NCBI GenBank assembly: GCA_937124585.1
Contig: CAKZKT010000051.1
Coordinates: 16,398 to 80,397, forward strand
Length of the DNA stretch: 64,000 nucleotides
Reading direction: 5' to 3'
From: an uncultured Anaerolineae bacterium
Lineage (GTDB): Bacteria; Chloroflexota; Anaerolineae; CG2-30-64-16
Shown here one piece after another: positions 1-10,331 of this stretch; position 1 is the first letter of the stretch; every line of letters starts with the position of its first letter. Position numbers and translations under genes: made by a program. Below the pieces are notes generated by a model. It was not told the DNA's origin. It saw only the letters and a list, made by a program, of their open reading frames with translations, and made no database searches.

Positions 1-639
1 GACGGCCTGCGGGCAGGCGGGCGGAGGCGGCGGAAAGCCGCACGCCTGGGCAAACCGGGCCAGTTCGCTCTCCGGCACGTAGATGAAGGGCCGGATCAGC
101 CGGATCTGGCCCCCGAAATAGTCTGCCGCCGGTTGCACCGTGCGCACGTCGCCGCCATAGAGCAGATTCAACAGAGTGGTCTGGGCGGCGTCGTCGGCGT
201 GATGTGCGAAGGCGACCACGTTGCAGCCCAGCCCCGCGGCGGTCAGGAAGATCGCCTTGCGACGTAACCATGTGCAACGCTGGCAGGTGAGCGGGGGCGC
301 GTCTGTCTCCTTCAGCTCTGGCTCGACGATCCGGTAAGGGATGTCCTGGCCGGCGAGCCATTCCTCCAGTGGCGGATGCGGCGGCGTGATCCCGGTTGCA
401 TCCCCGCGCACGTGGACCGCGGCGAGCGTGTAGCGCTTCGCGAACGAGCGCCGATGGGTTTGCAGCAGGCGCACGAGTGCCAGGCTGTCTTTGCCGCCCG
501 AGACGGCGACCGCCACGCGATCACCGTCTCGCAGCATATCAAATTGGCGCACGGCCCGATTCAGTGCTTTTATGATGAAGTAGGCCAGGCGCTCAGGGGA
601 CGATTCGTCGGCCACAGGGCCAGCGTCAGCCGGGGTCAC
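1..639 (-). CDS. ttcA: TtcA-like PP-loop ATPase (tRNA 2-thiocytidine synthase family); 3' part lies outside the window
   Basis: Minus-strand translation of 1-639 gives ...RLAYFIIKALNRAVRQFDMLRDGDRVAVAVSGGKDSLALVRLL... The SGGKDS PP-loop and CQRCTWLRRK resemble the TtcA CxxC-SRLRRG signature. The likely GTG start at ~639 (or 615) overlaps the PHP gene stop. It is missing from the ORF track because it runs off the window edge. Confidence 0.6.
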   Translation of the reverse strand, partial: MTPADAGPVADESSPERLAYFIIKALNRAVRQFDMLRDGDRVAVAVSGGKDSLALVRLLQTHRRSFAKRYTLAAVHVRGDATGITPPHPPLEEWLAGQDIPYRIVEPELKETDAPPLTCQRCTWLRRKAIFLTAAGLGCNVVAFAHHADDAAQTTLLNLLYGGDVRTVQPAADYFGGQIRLIRPFIYVPESELARFAQACGFPPPPPACPQAV

Positions 640-640
640 G

Positions 641-1498
641 TCACCTTCCGAGATGTTGCCAGGCAGCACGCAGCTTGCGCACGGCCTTCATCGGCACGTA
701 CACTCCACCCAGGTCTGGCTCGTTGGCGCGCACGCCGTGAAAATCGGTGCCGCCGGTGTGCAACAGCCTGTAACGGCGGGCGACGGCCATCAGATATGCA
801 ACCGTCACCGCGTCGTAGCCCGGGTAGTAGACCTCCAGGCCTATCAGCCCGGCGCCGATCAGCTCCGGCAGCATGGCATCGAGATCGAAGGGAGCCTTGA
901 TCGCGCCGTAGCGGTCGAAGAAGACGGGATGCGCCAGCACGGGCAGGCCGCCGGCGCGCCGGATCAACGCGCACGCTTCAGCGGGCGTGAACTTCAATCG
1001 CTCTACGTAGGCCGGGCTGTTGCGGCCGATGTATTTGTCGAAGGCCTGCTCGAAGCTGACGACGTGGCCTGCCTCCAGCAGCGCCTGGGCGACATGCGGC
1101 CGGCCCACCGCGCCTTCACCCGCAATCTCCAGGATCCGTTCGAAACGCACCGGCGCACCCATCTCGGCCAGCTTCTCGGCCATGCGTCTGGCGCGGCCGA
1201 TACGACCGTCGCACAGCCGCGTCAACTCGCTACACAGGGCCGGGTCGGCGTGGTTTATGAAATAGCCGAGCACATGCACTTCGGTGCCTGGCACATCGGT
1301 GTTGATTTCGACGCCCGGGATCACCTCGACGCCAAACCGTTGGCCGGCAGCCAGCGCCTCGGCCACGCCCTCGGTGGAATCGTGATCGGTCACCGCGATG
1401 ACTCGGAGCGCCAGCCGCGCGGCGCGCGCGACCAGCTGGGTCGGGGTCAGCGCGCCGTCGGACGCGGTGGTATGGCAATGGAGGTCAACCATGTTCAT
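641..1498 (-). CDS. PHP-domain metal-dependent phosphoesterase
   Basis: MNMVDLHCHTTASDGALTP...AVTDHD...HPVFF...GGTDFHG are PHP-family His/Asp metal ligands. Confidence 0.75.
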   Translation of the reverse strand: MNMVDLHCHTTASDGALTPTQLVARAARLALRVIAVTDHDSTEGVAEALAAGQRFGVEVIPGVEINTDVPGTEVHVLGYFINHADPALCSELTRLCDGRIGRARRMAEKLAEMGAPVRFERILEIAGEGAVGRPHVAQALLEAGHVVSFEQAFDKYIGRNSPAYVERLKFTPAEACALIRRAGGLPVLAHPVFFDRYGAIKAPFDLDAMLPELIGAGLIGLEVYYPGYDAVTVAYLMAVARRYRLLHTGGTDFHGVRANEPDLGGVYVPMKAVRKLRAAWQHLGR

Positions 1499-1548
1499 GA
1501 TGGGAATATTGTATCACAGCGCCCGGGGATGCCAAAACCCAAGAATTT

Positions 1549-2567
<1,019 letters not shown>

Positions 2568-2571
<4 letters not shown>

Positions 2572-3551
2572 GATATCCGCTCCGAGAAGAGATGGCAGGC
2601 AACCTGATGTTTGGGCGCGACCTCTTGCAGGCGCGGCACCTCGACAGCGCAGCGCTCGAACGCCGCCGGGCAGCGCGGATGGAAAGCGCACCCCGGTGGC
2701 GGGTTGAGCAGGGTGGGCGGCAGGCCGGGAATGGCCTGCAGCGGCTTCTTTTCTTTGGTGGACGGCACCGACGCGATGAGCAAGCGGGTGTATGGATGCA
2801 AAGGCTGCTCGAAGATGGTGATGGCGTCCGCGATCTCGGCGATGCGGCCGGCGTACATCACCGCCAGCCGGTCAACGAGCTGGGCCTGCAGGCCCATATC
2901 GTGCCCGATGACGATCAGGGAGGTGCCCAGCCGCTCCTGCACCTCCATGAGGGTCTGGATGACGACGCGTTGGACGACAACGTCCAGCGCGCTGGTCAGC
3001 TCGTCGGCGATCACCAGCTTCGGGTTGAGGGCGATGGCCATGGCGATGCAGACCCGCTGTTTCATGCCGCCGCTGAGCTCATGCGGATACATGGTGGTGA
3101 CGCGGCGGGGCAGCCCGACCATGTTCAGCAGCTTGTGCACGCGCTCGGCGAGCTCGGCCGGCGACGGCCGGCCTTCGTGACAGATGATGACATCTTCGAT
3201 CTGTTCGCGAATGCGCATGACCGGGTTGAGCGAGTTCATGGCGCCCTGCGGAATCAGCGAGAGGTCGCGCCAGCGCAATGTGCGGAGCTCATCCGGTTTC
3301 AGCGTCAACAGGTCCCGACCTTCGAGCCGGACTTCGCCGGTCTCGATGCGGCCGGGGGGCTTGATCAGCCGCAGCAGGGCCATGGCCGTTGTGGATTTGC
3401 CGCAACCCGATTCGCCGACCAGGCCGAAGCGCTCCCCTTTGTATACGTCAAAACTGACATGTTCTACTGCTTTGATGGGCCCCCGCGGCGTGTGATAGTG
3501 CACCACCAGGTCGCGCACCGTCAGCACCGGTTCGGCAGCCAACGCACCCAT
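2568..3551 (-). CDS. peptide ABC transporter ATP-binding protein (OppD/DppD-like)
   Basis: [35 protein letters not shown]...CAFHPRC. Confidence 0.85.
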
Positions 3552-3566
3552 GCAATTGCCTCCGTT

Positions 3567-4397
3567 TTATGCCCGCACGACGAGCCGTGGATTCATCACC
3601 TCATCCAGACCCAGGTGGATCAAATACAGCGACAGAAACAGCGCGATGAGGGCAAACACGGGCGCCATCCACCACCACCAGAGGTTCTGCAGGATCGCGC
3701 CGTAGCCCAGCGCCCAGTAAATCATCATGCCGAGGGTGATGTCGTTCTGCGGCCCCAGGCCGAGGAGCGACAGCCCGGCTTCGGCCAGGATGGCCGCGAT
3801 GAAGGCGTTGACGAAGTTGGCCCCCAGCCATTGGAACATGTTCGGCATCAGCTCGCGGAAGATGATCTCCAGGCCCGACATGCCCGAAAGCCGGCTGAGT
3901 TGGACAAATGCGCGTTCTTTCAGGCTCAGCACCTGTCCCCGCACCTGTCGCGCCGGCGATGCCCAGGCAAACGCGCCGATGATGAGCGCAACCGCCGGCA
4001 ACGCCACTCCCCGCATCAGGGACGCGATCAGGATCAGGAAGAGGAGGGAGGGCACCGCCAGGAAAACGTCAATGAAGACCCGCAGCACGGCATCTATCAG
4101 CTTGCCGAAATAGCCGGCCGAGAAGCCGATGAGCGCGCCGAGAAAAGTCCCCAGCGCGGCGGCAATCAGGCCGACCAGCAGCGATTTGAGGATGGCTTCC
4201 ACGATCTGAATGGCCACGCTTCGCCCCAGTGCGTCGGTTCCGAGCAGTCCCCCCTCCTCGCCGGGCGGCAGGCGGGGCAAAAAGCTGCCGGTGCGCCGCA
4301 ATTCGGGCGGCGTCAACAGGACGCCGATGATCGAAACGATCACCATGAGCAAAAGGATAGAGAGGCCGATGAGGAGCTTCTTGTTGTGTGTGATCAC
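3567..4397 (-). CDS. ABC transporter permease (OppC/DppC-like)
   Basis: Multi-TM protein with the binding-protein-dependent permease EAA-like loop (LSLKERAFVQLSRLSG). Confidence 0.85.
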   Translation of the reverse strand: MITHNKKLLIGLSILLLMVIVSIIGVLLTPPELRRTGSFLPRLPPGEEGGLLGTDALGRSVAIQIVEAILKSLLVGLIAAALGTFLGALIGFSAGYFGKLIDAVLRVFIDVFLAVPSLLFLILIASLMRGVALPAVALIIGAFAWASPARQVRGQVLSLKERAFVQLSRLSGMSGLEIIFRELMPNMFQWLGANFVNAFIAAILAEAGLSLLGLGPQNDITLGMMIYWALGYGAILQNLWWWWMAPVFALIALFLSLYLIHLGLDEVMNPRLVVRA

Positions 4398-4464
4398 GGT
4401 CTTGTTCTGCCTTCAGTTGCTGTTTGAGGCGATCCGCATCTGCCTGCGCACTGTCGCAATGGCA

Positions 4465-5475
4465 TCAATCGGGCGCGGCCTGCCGGATCCGGGGATCAAT
4501 GAGCGGATAGGCAATGTCAATGATGAAGTTTGCCACCGCTACAGAGAGGATGATCAGGAGCACGCTGCCCTGGATCACCGGATAGTCGAGGCCTTTGATC
4601 GAATTGTAAATCAGCCAGCCGAGGCCCGGATAGCCGAAGATCACCTCGGTGATCAAGGCGCCGCCGACGACGTGGCCCAGCGACAGGGCCAGGCCCGTGG
4701 CCTGAGGCAGCAACGCGTTGCGAAACGCATAGCGCCAGAGAATGCGTCGTTCGGGCAGGCCTTTGGCTTCGGCCAGCAGGATGTAGTCTTCGCCTTTCAA
4801 GGCGCCGATCAGGCTGCGCATGCTGAGGAACCACCAGCCCAGCGATACCAGCACAATGCTGAGTGCGGGCAAAAAGGCGTGGTGGAGCACGTCGGCGATG
4901 AACGGCAGCGTCAGGGCCGGCGTCATGGTCACCGAATAGTTCCCGGACAGGGGGAAGATAGGCCAATGAAAAGCGAACAGAAAGATCAGCAGCAGCGCCA
5001 GGATGTAATAGGGGGTGGCGTACAGGATCAGCGCCAGCGGAACCAGGGCCTGAAGAAACCGCGACCCGCTGCCACGCCAGCCCACCACCGCGCCGGCCAA
5101 AGAGCCGATCACCCAACTCAACAGGGTGGTCACCGTCAAGAGGCCGATCGTCCAGGGAAGCGAATTGCGGAGCAGATCCGCAACCTCCGATGGGAAACTG
5201 GCGATCGAATAGCCCAGGTTGCCCTGCAGGAGTTGGGCCAGAAAGCTGATGTACTGCTCCCACAGGCTCTTGTCCAGGCCAAAGCGGCGGGTGTATTCGG
5301 CGACCAGCTCGGTGGCGTTCATGCTGCCGCCCATCTGCGCCAGGCTGAGAAAGACGGCGCCCAGGGGGTCGCCGGGGACCAGGCGTGGCACGATGAACAC
5401 CACGGTCACAGAGATGACGATGGTGGCAATGAAGAGCGCGAAGCGCTCCGCCAGATATTTCAGGTAAGCCGCCAT
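4465..5475 (-). CDS. ABC transporter permease (OppB/DppB-like)
   Basis: Hydrophobic multi-TM protein with the ILLAEAKGLPERRILWRYAFRNALLP permease signature. Confidence 0.85.
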   Translation of the reverse strand: MAAYLKYLAERFALFIATIVISVTVVFIVPRLVPGDPLGAVFLSLAQMGGSMNATELVAEYTRRFGLDKSLWEQYISFLAQLLQGNLGYSIASFPSEVADLLRNSLPWTIGLLTVTTLLSWVIGSLAGAVVGWRGSGSRFLQALVPLALILYATPYYILALLLIFLFAFHWPIFPLSGNYSVTMTPALTLPFIADVLHHAFLPALSIVLVSLGWWFLSMRSLIGALKGEDYILLAEAKGLPERRILWRYAFRNALLPQATGLALSLGHVVGGALITEVIFGYPGLGWLIYNSIKGLDYPVIQGSVLLIILSVAVANFIIDIAYPLIDPRIRQAAPD

Positions 5476-5560
5476 GAGTCGGTTCCTTCGAGGCAGGAGA
5501 AATGGCCCTGGCTGTGCACGGCCTGCGCACAGCCAGGGCCGGAACGGATCGCAGCAGGCG

Positions 5561-7496
5561 TTACTTCACGCCCGTCGGCTGGAGGCCGCCCACCCACTTG
5601 CCGGTGGTGGGGGACTGATAGCCGGTGATGACCAGGTTAAACGTGGCCCACCAGCTGACCGGCATGTTCCACGGATCCTCGGCCGAGGGGAAGCCCTTCC
5701 AGTAGGTATAGTTGAAGGGCACCAGGGCCGGGGCCTGGACGACCGGCACCACCGGCAGCTGCTCGAACCAGATGGCCATCGCCTTCTTGTACTGCTCCTT
5801 GACCTTCTCGACCTCGGTCGGCGGGGTCTTGCCCATCTCATCTACGATGGCATCGAACTCCGCGTTCTTGAAGCGGAAGGAGTTGCGCTCGTACCAGGGC
5901 GCGGGCTCGCCCAGGGGCACGTAGTTGGCGCCATGGAAGAGCCACAGGTTATCGTAGATGTAGCCGGGGCAGAACGAATGCAGCTTGAGGTCGTACTGCC
6001 CGCGCAGCAGGGCATCGGCCAGCGGGCTGCCGGTCATGGACTGGATCTTGACACCGATGCCGGCGGCGCGCAGCTGATCGGCCAGCACCGCGGACACCTT
6101 CATCTCCTCGCCCGAGTTGCTGTCCACCACATAGATCAGCTCCAGCTTCTTGCCGTCGGCGGTGGTCCAGTCGTTGCCGACCTTCTTGAGGCCGGCGGCC
6201 GCCAGGAGCTCGGCCGCTTTCTTGGTGTCGGTCGCATCGGCAGGATACTTCGCACGCAGGTCCTGGATCGCGTCGAAGTAGGGCTTCAGGCCATCGTAGA
6301 AGGGCCACACGCCCCAGGTCGGGGTGGTCGTTCCCTCATACGCCAGGTTGACGATGGCCTTGCGGTCAATCAGGTAGGAAATCGCCCAGCGCACTTCCTT
6401 TTGATCCAGCGGCGGCTTGGCGTTCTGCACCATCAGCGCCCGCGGGCAGGGATCCAGCCAGGCATAGGGCGGATCTTTGGTCCACGCGCGCAGGTTCGGA
6501 TTGCGCCGCGCGACCTCCTTGAAGGAACCGAGCGAGAGCTTTCCGATGAAGGGGGTATCAATTTCGTTGGCGGCCAGGGCCAGCGCGATGTTCGTGTCGT
6601 CGCCGATGTACTGGAAGTTGATGGTCTTGGGGGCCGGCTTGACGCCGAAGACCTTCGTCCCCCACCAGTCATCGCGTCGCTCATAGACGAACGCGGTCTC
6701 GGTGGCGCGCACGAGCTTGTACGGCCCGGTGCCAACAGGCTGCGAGTTCTTGAAGGTCAGCGGGTCCTGGCCTTCCCAGATGTGCTTCGGCAGGATGGTG
6801 ATGCCGCCCCAGATGCCCACTGCCGGGAATGCCTCGCGGATGAGATGGAAGCGCGGGTTGGGCTTTGTGAGCTCGAACTTGACGGTGGTATCGTCCACTT
6901 TCGTGGCGGCCTTCACCCAGGTGTTCGCCTCGGCCGCCCAGGTCATGCCTGGGTTCTTCTTCAGCAGCTCATAGGTGAAGACGACGTCATCGGCCGTGAA
7001 CGGCTTGCCGTCGCTCCAGGTGACGCCCTTCCGCAGGTTGACGGTGATGCTCGTGAAATCGGCGTTGTACTCGTATTTCTCCGCCAGCCAGGGGATGTAC
7101 TCGCCGGTCTGCAGGTTGTTGTAGAAGAAGTACTCGTAGATGACCTGATGGATGCCGGTTCCAGAGCGGCTGACACCCGGCGCGTAGATGTTCAGGTTGG
7201 TGGGATCGGCCACCCGGCCACCGAGCGCGACGTTGAGGGTCTCCGCGCGCGCCAATCGTTCCGGGCTGATCGGCGCGGGCGTCGGGGTCACGACCTTCTC
7301 GACGATCTTCTCGACCGGCTTTTCGACGACCTTTTCGACGACTTTCTCGACCGGTTTCTCGACGACCTTCTCGACGACCTTCTCGACCGGCTTTTCGACG
7401 ACCTTTCTCGATGACCTGTGGCGTGGGTTGTGCACAGGCCACGAGGACACTCATGATCACGCTCAGAACGAGCACGATCCACAGTTTGGTTTTCAT
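5561..7496 (-). CDS. family-5 (peptide/nickel) substrate-binding lipoprotein with an N-terminal (V/P)VEK tandem-repeat linker; reading frame interrupted by an apparent +1 insertion near 7402
   Basis: A Shine-Dalgarno AAGGAGGAGG precedes ATG 7496, which encodes signal peptide MKTKLWIVLVLSVIMSVLVAC (lipobox LVAC) then AQPTPQVIEK. The (VVEK/PVEK)n repeat and the SBP_bac_5-like body (5561-7450) lie in the +1 frame. Confidence 0.7.
7293..7413 (-). repeat. 12-nt tandem coding repeat (about 10 units, GTCGTCGAGAAG / CCGGTCGAGAAA variants) encoding (V/P)VEK
   Basis: Direct inspection of the sequence. Confidence 0.8.
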
Positions 7497-7515
7497 ACCT
7501 CCTCCTTGAAGTGAA

Positions 7516-7884
7516 ATGGCGTTTTTCACGCAGACCAAACTACAGTCGAACTATTGCCGAACACCAGATGCCGCCGAACGCAGAGGGACGATCGCGGTTT
7601 ACCCTGACCGGATGACCACCTCCTTTCAATTTCAAAGCAGAAACAGGGAAGAGAATGAAACCACGCAAGTGCGCTGTCGAATGTGTGGTTTTATTTGGAC
7701 AATATTGACAATAGTTAGACAGCGACGTTTGTGATTGTATGCTGTGTGCGGTTTCCTGTCAAGTTTTGTGTAAGTCGGCCGCCTGACGGGATCGCAGCGA
7801 GCTTCGCGGCCGCATCGACACGGCCTTTGTGTTCATTCCAGGCGATCGGGTATAATGTCCATCAGCTTCTGACGAGGTTGGTCC
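7516..7884. promoter_or_regulatory. Divergent intergenic control region between the peptide-ABC operon (minus strand) and the PEGA lipoprotein gene (plus strand)
   Basis: A relatively AT-rich island contains the direct repeat TTGGACAATATTGACAATAGTTAGACA (two GACAATA/TTGACA units) and CCTGTCAAGTTTTGTGTAAG. No exact sites are assigned. Confidence 0.3.
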
Positions 7885-9996
7885 ATGCAAAAGCAAACGG
7901 TGAAACGGCTATCCTGGTTGGCTGTGCTGTGCTTGGTGGCGCTGGCGACGGCCTGCACGTTCCCCTCGACACCCCCCAGCGCACCCGACCGGCTGCCGGC
8001 GCGGACCGGCGGTGTCACGCGATTGATCGTGGCGCCCAATCCGGACGGCGCGCAGGTGGCCGTGGACGGTGTCGTGCGCGGCAGCTCGCCGCTGACGTTG
8101 ACCCTGACGGCCGGCGATCACCTGATCGCGCTGAGCGCAGCCGGCTACGCGCCCTTCTCGGAGACGATCACCCTCGAAGCCGGCCTGGAGGCGACCTACG
8201 CGCCTGATCTGGAGGACATCGAGCCACCGACCGTCACATTGGAGAGCGAGCAGCCAGAGGCTCCCTGGTCGGGCCAGGTGCAGGTGCGCGCGGCAGCCCG
8301 CGACAACGCCGGCGTGGTAGACCTGGAGCTGGCGCTGGCCGAACGGACGCTGATGGTCACCGATGGCGAAGCGATCGTTTTCGCGCTCGCGCCGGCCACG
8401 CTGACCGATGTGCTGCCCGGTCGCACCTACACATTGACCGCTACTGCGACCGACGCTGCCGGCAACATCGGGCAGGCCTTCCTCCCCATCCTCATCGGGC
8501 CAGAGCAGGCCGCCGCCTCTGCGACGCCCACCCCGCTGCCCGCTGCGACGCCGACCGACAGCGCCACCCCGGCGCCGGCCCCGCCGACGGCCAGCCCCAC
8601 CGCGCCATCGCCGACGCCCTCGCCCCGGCCAACCCCCTCGCCGACCCGCCCGCCCGCGGTGACCTTCCGCGTGACCCAGGTCACCATCCCGACCTACGGC
8701 TATCGGCCGTTTCTGCGCTCTGTCACCGATCCGACGATGGGAGACTACGAGGTGTTGACGCTGGATCGGGCCGCCTACGAGGCGTCCGGTCCCAGGCCGG
8801 CGCCGGTCAACTACACGCTGCTCGTCCTGGAGAACCGCTATCTGCGCCTCAGCATCCTGCCGGACCTCGGCGGCCGCATCTACGAGGTGATCTTTAAGCC
8901 GACCGGCCATAACGAGCTGTATCGCAACCCGGTGATCAAGCCGACCGGCTGGGGGCCGCCCAGTCCGCCCTATCCGGCGGGCGCCAACTGGTGGCTGGCC
9001 GCCGGCGGCATCGAGTGGTGCTTCCCGGTGGAAGAGCACGGTTATGACTGGGGCAAAGAGTGGGGCTATAACTCGACGCGGCTGCCCGACGGCGGCGTGA
9101 CGGTCAGCCTCTTCACCGGCGACTACCGGCGGCCGTACGTCATGGTCAATGTGACGCTGCCCCCCGAAGCCGCCTACTTCACCGTGCAGCCCACCATCAT
9201 CAACCCGACTGCGGCGCCTGCGCGCGTGAAATGGTGGGCGAACGCCATGCTGGCGCCCGGCTCGGCCAACGCGCCCGGCCCGGAACTGCGCTTCATCTTC
9301 CCGGTCAGCGAGATGACCGTTCACAGCACCGGCGATCCGTCGCTGCCGGGGCCAGGGCAGCCGCTGGCCTGGCCGGTCCACGCAGGCCGCGATCTGAGCC
9401 GCCTGGGCAACTGGGGACAGTATCTCGGCTTTTTCGCGCGGCCCGCCGCGACGGGCGACTACATGGGCGTCTACGATCCGACGGTCGAGGAAGGGATGCT
9501 GCGCGTCTACCCCAGCAGTGTGGCGCGCGGAGCCAAAGGCTTCGCAATGGGCTGGAGCCAGCCGATCGGGCCCGAAGCGTACACCGATGACGGCTCCGGC
9601 TACGTCGAGCTGCACGGCGGCCTGGCGCCGACCTTCGACGACTGGCATCAACTGCCGCCGGCGGCCAGCATCAGCTGGACCGAGACGTGGTATCCGGTGG
9701 CCGACATCGGCGGCGTGACCTATGCTTCGGCGACCGCCGCGTTGCATCTGACGCCGGGCCAGGGCGGCCTGCGGGTGGCCCTCTTCCCGGTGAGGCCGGT
9801 GCGAGGCGAAGTGCGGATCGCCCTGCCGGATGCGGCGCCGATCGCGAAACCGGCTGACATTAGCCCGGCGCTGCCGTTCGACGAGGTGATCGCCCTGCCC
9901 GCGACCGTGCCGGCGCAGGGCGAGGTGACCGTGACCCTGCTCGACGCGCAGGGGAGGGCTGTTTTCGAGTATCGGGGGCCGGCCCGGCTGCGCTGA
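7885..9996 (+). CDS. Lipoprotein with a PEGA domain, Pro/Thr-rich linker and a large C-terminal domain of unknown function
   Basis: Signal peptide plus lipobox LATAC. PEGA-like RLIVAPNPDGAQVAVDGVVRGSSPLTLTLTAGDHLIALSAAGY. Linker PTPLPAATPTDSATPAPAPPTASPTAPSPTPSPRPTPSPT. Confidence 0.75.
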   Translation: MQKQTVKRLSWLAVLCLVALATACTFPSTPPSAPDRLPARTGGVTRLIVAPNPDGAQVAVDGVVRGSSPLTLTLTAGDHLIALSAAGYAPFSETITLEAGLEATYAPDLEDIEPPTVTLESEQPEAPWSGQVQVRAAARDNAGVVDLELALAERTLMVTDGEAIVFALAPATLTDVLPGRTYTLTATATDAAGNIGQAFLPILIGPEQAAASATPTPLPAATPTDSATPAPAPPTASPTAPSPTPSPRPTPSPTRPPAVTFRVTQVTIPTYGYRPFLRSVTDPTMGDYEVLTLDRAAYEASGPRPAPVNYTLLVLENRYLRLSILPDLGGRIYEVIFKPTGHNELYRNPVIKPTGWGPPSPPYPAGANWWLAAGGIEWCFPVEEHGYDWGKEWGYNSTRLPDGGVTVSLFTGDYRRPYVMVNVTLPPEAAYFTVQPTIINPTAAPARVKWWANAMLAPGSANAPGPELRFIFPVSEMTVHSTGDPSLPGPGQPLAWPVHAGRDLSRLGNWGQYLGFFARPAATGDYMGVYDPTVEEGMLRVYPSSVARGAKGFAMGWSQPIGPEAYTDDGSGYVELHGGLAPTFDDWHQLPPAASISWTETWYPVADIGGVTYASATAALHLTPGQGGLRVALFPVRPVRGEVRIALPDAAPIAKPADISPALPFDEVIALPATVPAQGEVTVTLLDAQGRAVFEYRGPARLR

Positions 9997-10020
9997 GTCC
10001 GGCGCGCGGCCGCCATTTCT

Positions 10021-10049
10021 TTGACTTCGCGGCGGCTTTCGAGTATACT
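10021..10049 (+). promoter_or_regulatory. Sigma-70-type promoter for tRNA-Pro
   Basis: TTGACT (10021-10026), a 17-nt spacer, then TATACT (10044-10049), ending 10 nt before the tRNA 5' end. Confidence 0.5.
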
Positions 10050-10059
10050 AGCCGCTGTT

Positions 10060-10134
10060 CGGGGCGTAGCGCAGTCCGGTCAGCGCGCTTGATTTGGGTT
10101 CAAGAGGTCCGGAGTTCAAATCTCCGCGCCCCGA
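10060..10134 (+). tRNA. tRNA-Pro (anticodon TGG)
   Basis: Manual cloverleaf: acceptor CGGGGCG/CGCCCCG, D arm GCGC-AGTCCGGTCA-GCGC, anticodon arm CTTGA-TTTGGGT-TCAAG, T arm CGGAG-TTCAAAT-CTCCG, discriminator A. No CCA is encoded. Confidence 0.85.
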
Positions 10135-10259
10135 CTGATAGCGCCAAATTTGTATCTACACCAGACCTGCGGTAAAATAGGGACAGCAGGGTGACGATAG
10201 ATCGGCTGGCTGCGTCCGGCGATCTCCTCCCCCCGTGGCCCTGCGTTTCTTCGTCAGTG

Positions 10260-10294
10260 AGGCCCTGCGGATTTCGGGAAAATCCGCAGGGCCT
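10260..10294 (+). other. Perfect 15-bp-stem hairpin (AGGCCCTGCGGATTT-cggga-AAATCCGCAGGGCCT) between tRNA-Pro and comEC
   Basis: The inverted repeat was checked base by base. There is no downstream T-tract. It could be a tRNA transcript terminator or processing element, or a comEC 5'-UTR structure. Confidence 0.5.
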
Positions 10295-10331
10295 GTGTTC
10301 AGCGTTGCGCCCTGGCCAGGGGGCTCTGCGG

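Noticed and set aside
5561-7538. Two separate genes (6987..7538 and 5561..7450) at the SBP N-terminus.
   Set aside because: The 183-aa ORF is signal peptide plus out-of-frame repeats (GRRKAGREG...). The 5561..7450 ORF lacks any signal peptide. A single frameshifted lipoprotein gene explains both.
10191-10331. ComEC start at GTG 10191.
   Set aside because: The extension has no TM or ComEC signal and contains the perfect 15-bp hairpin. ATG 10332 (MTLVYLTVAWCVGIW...) begins the first TM helix.
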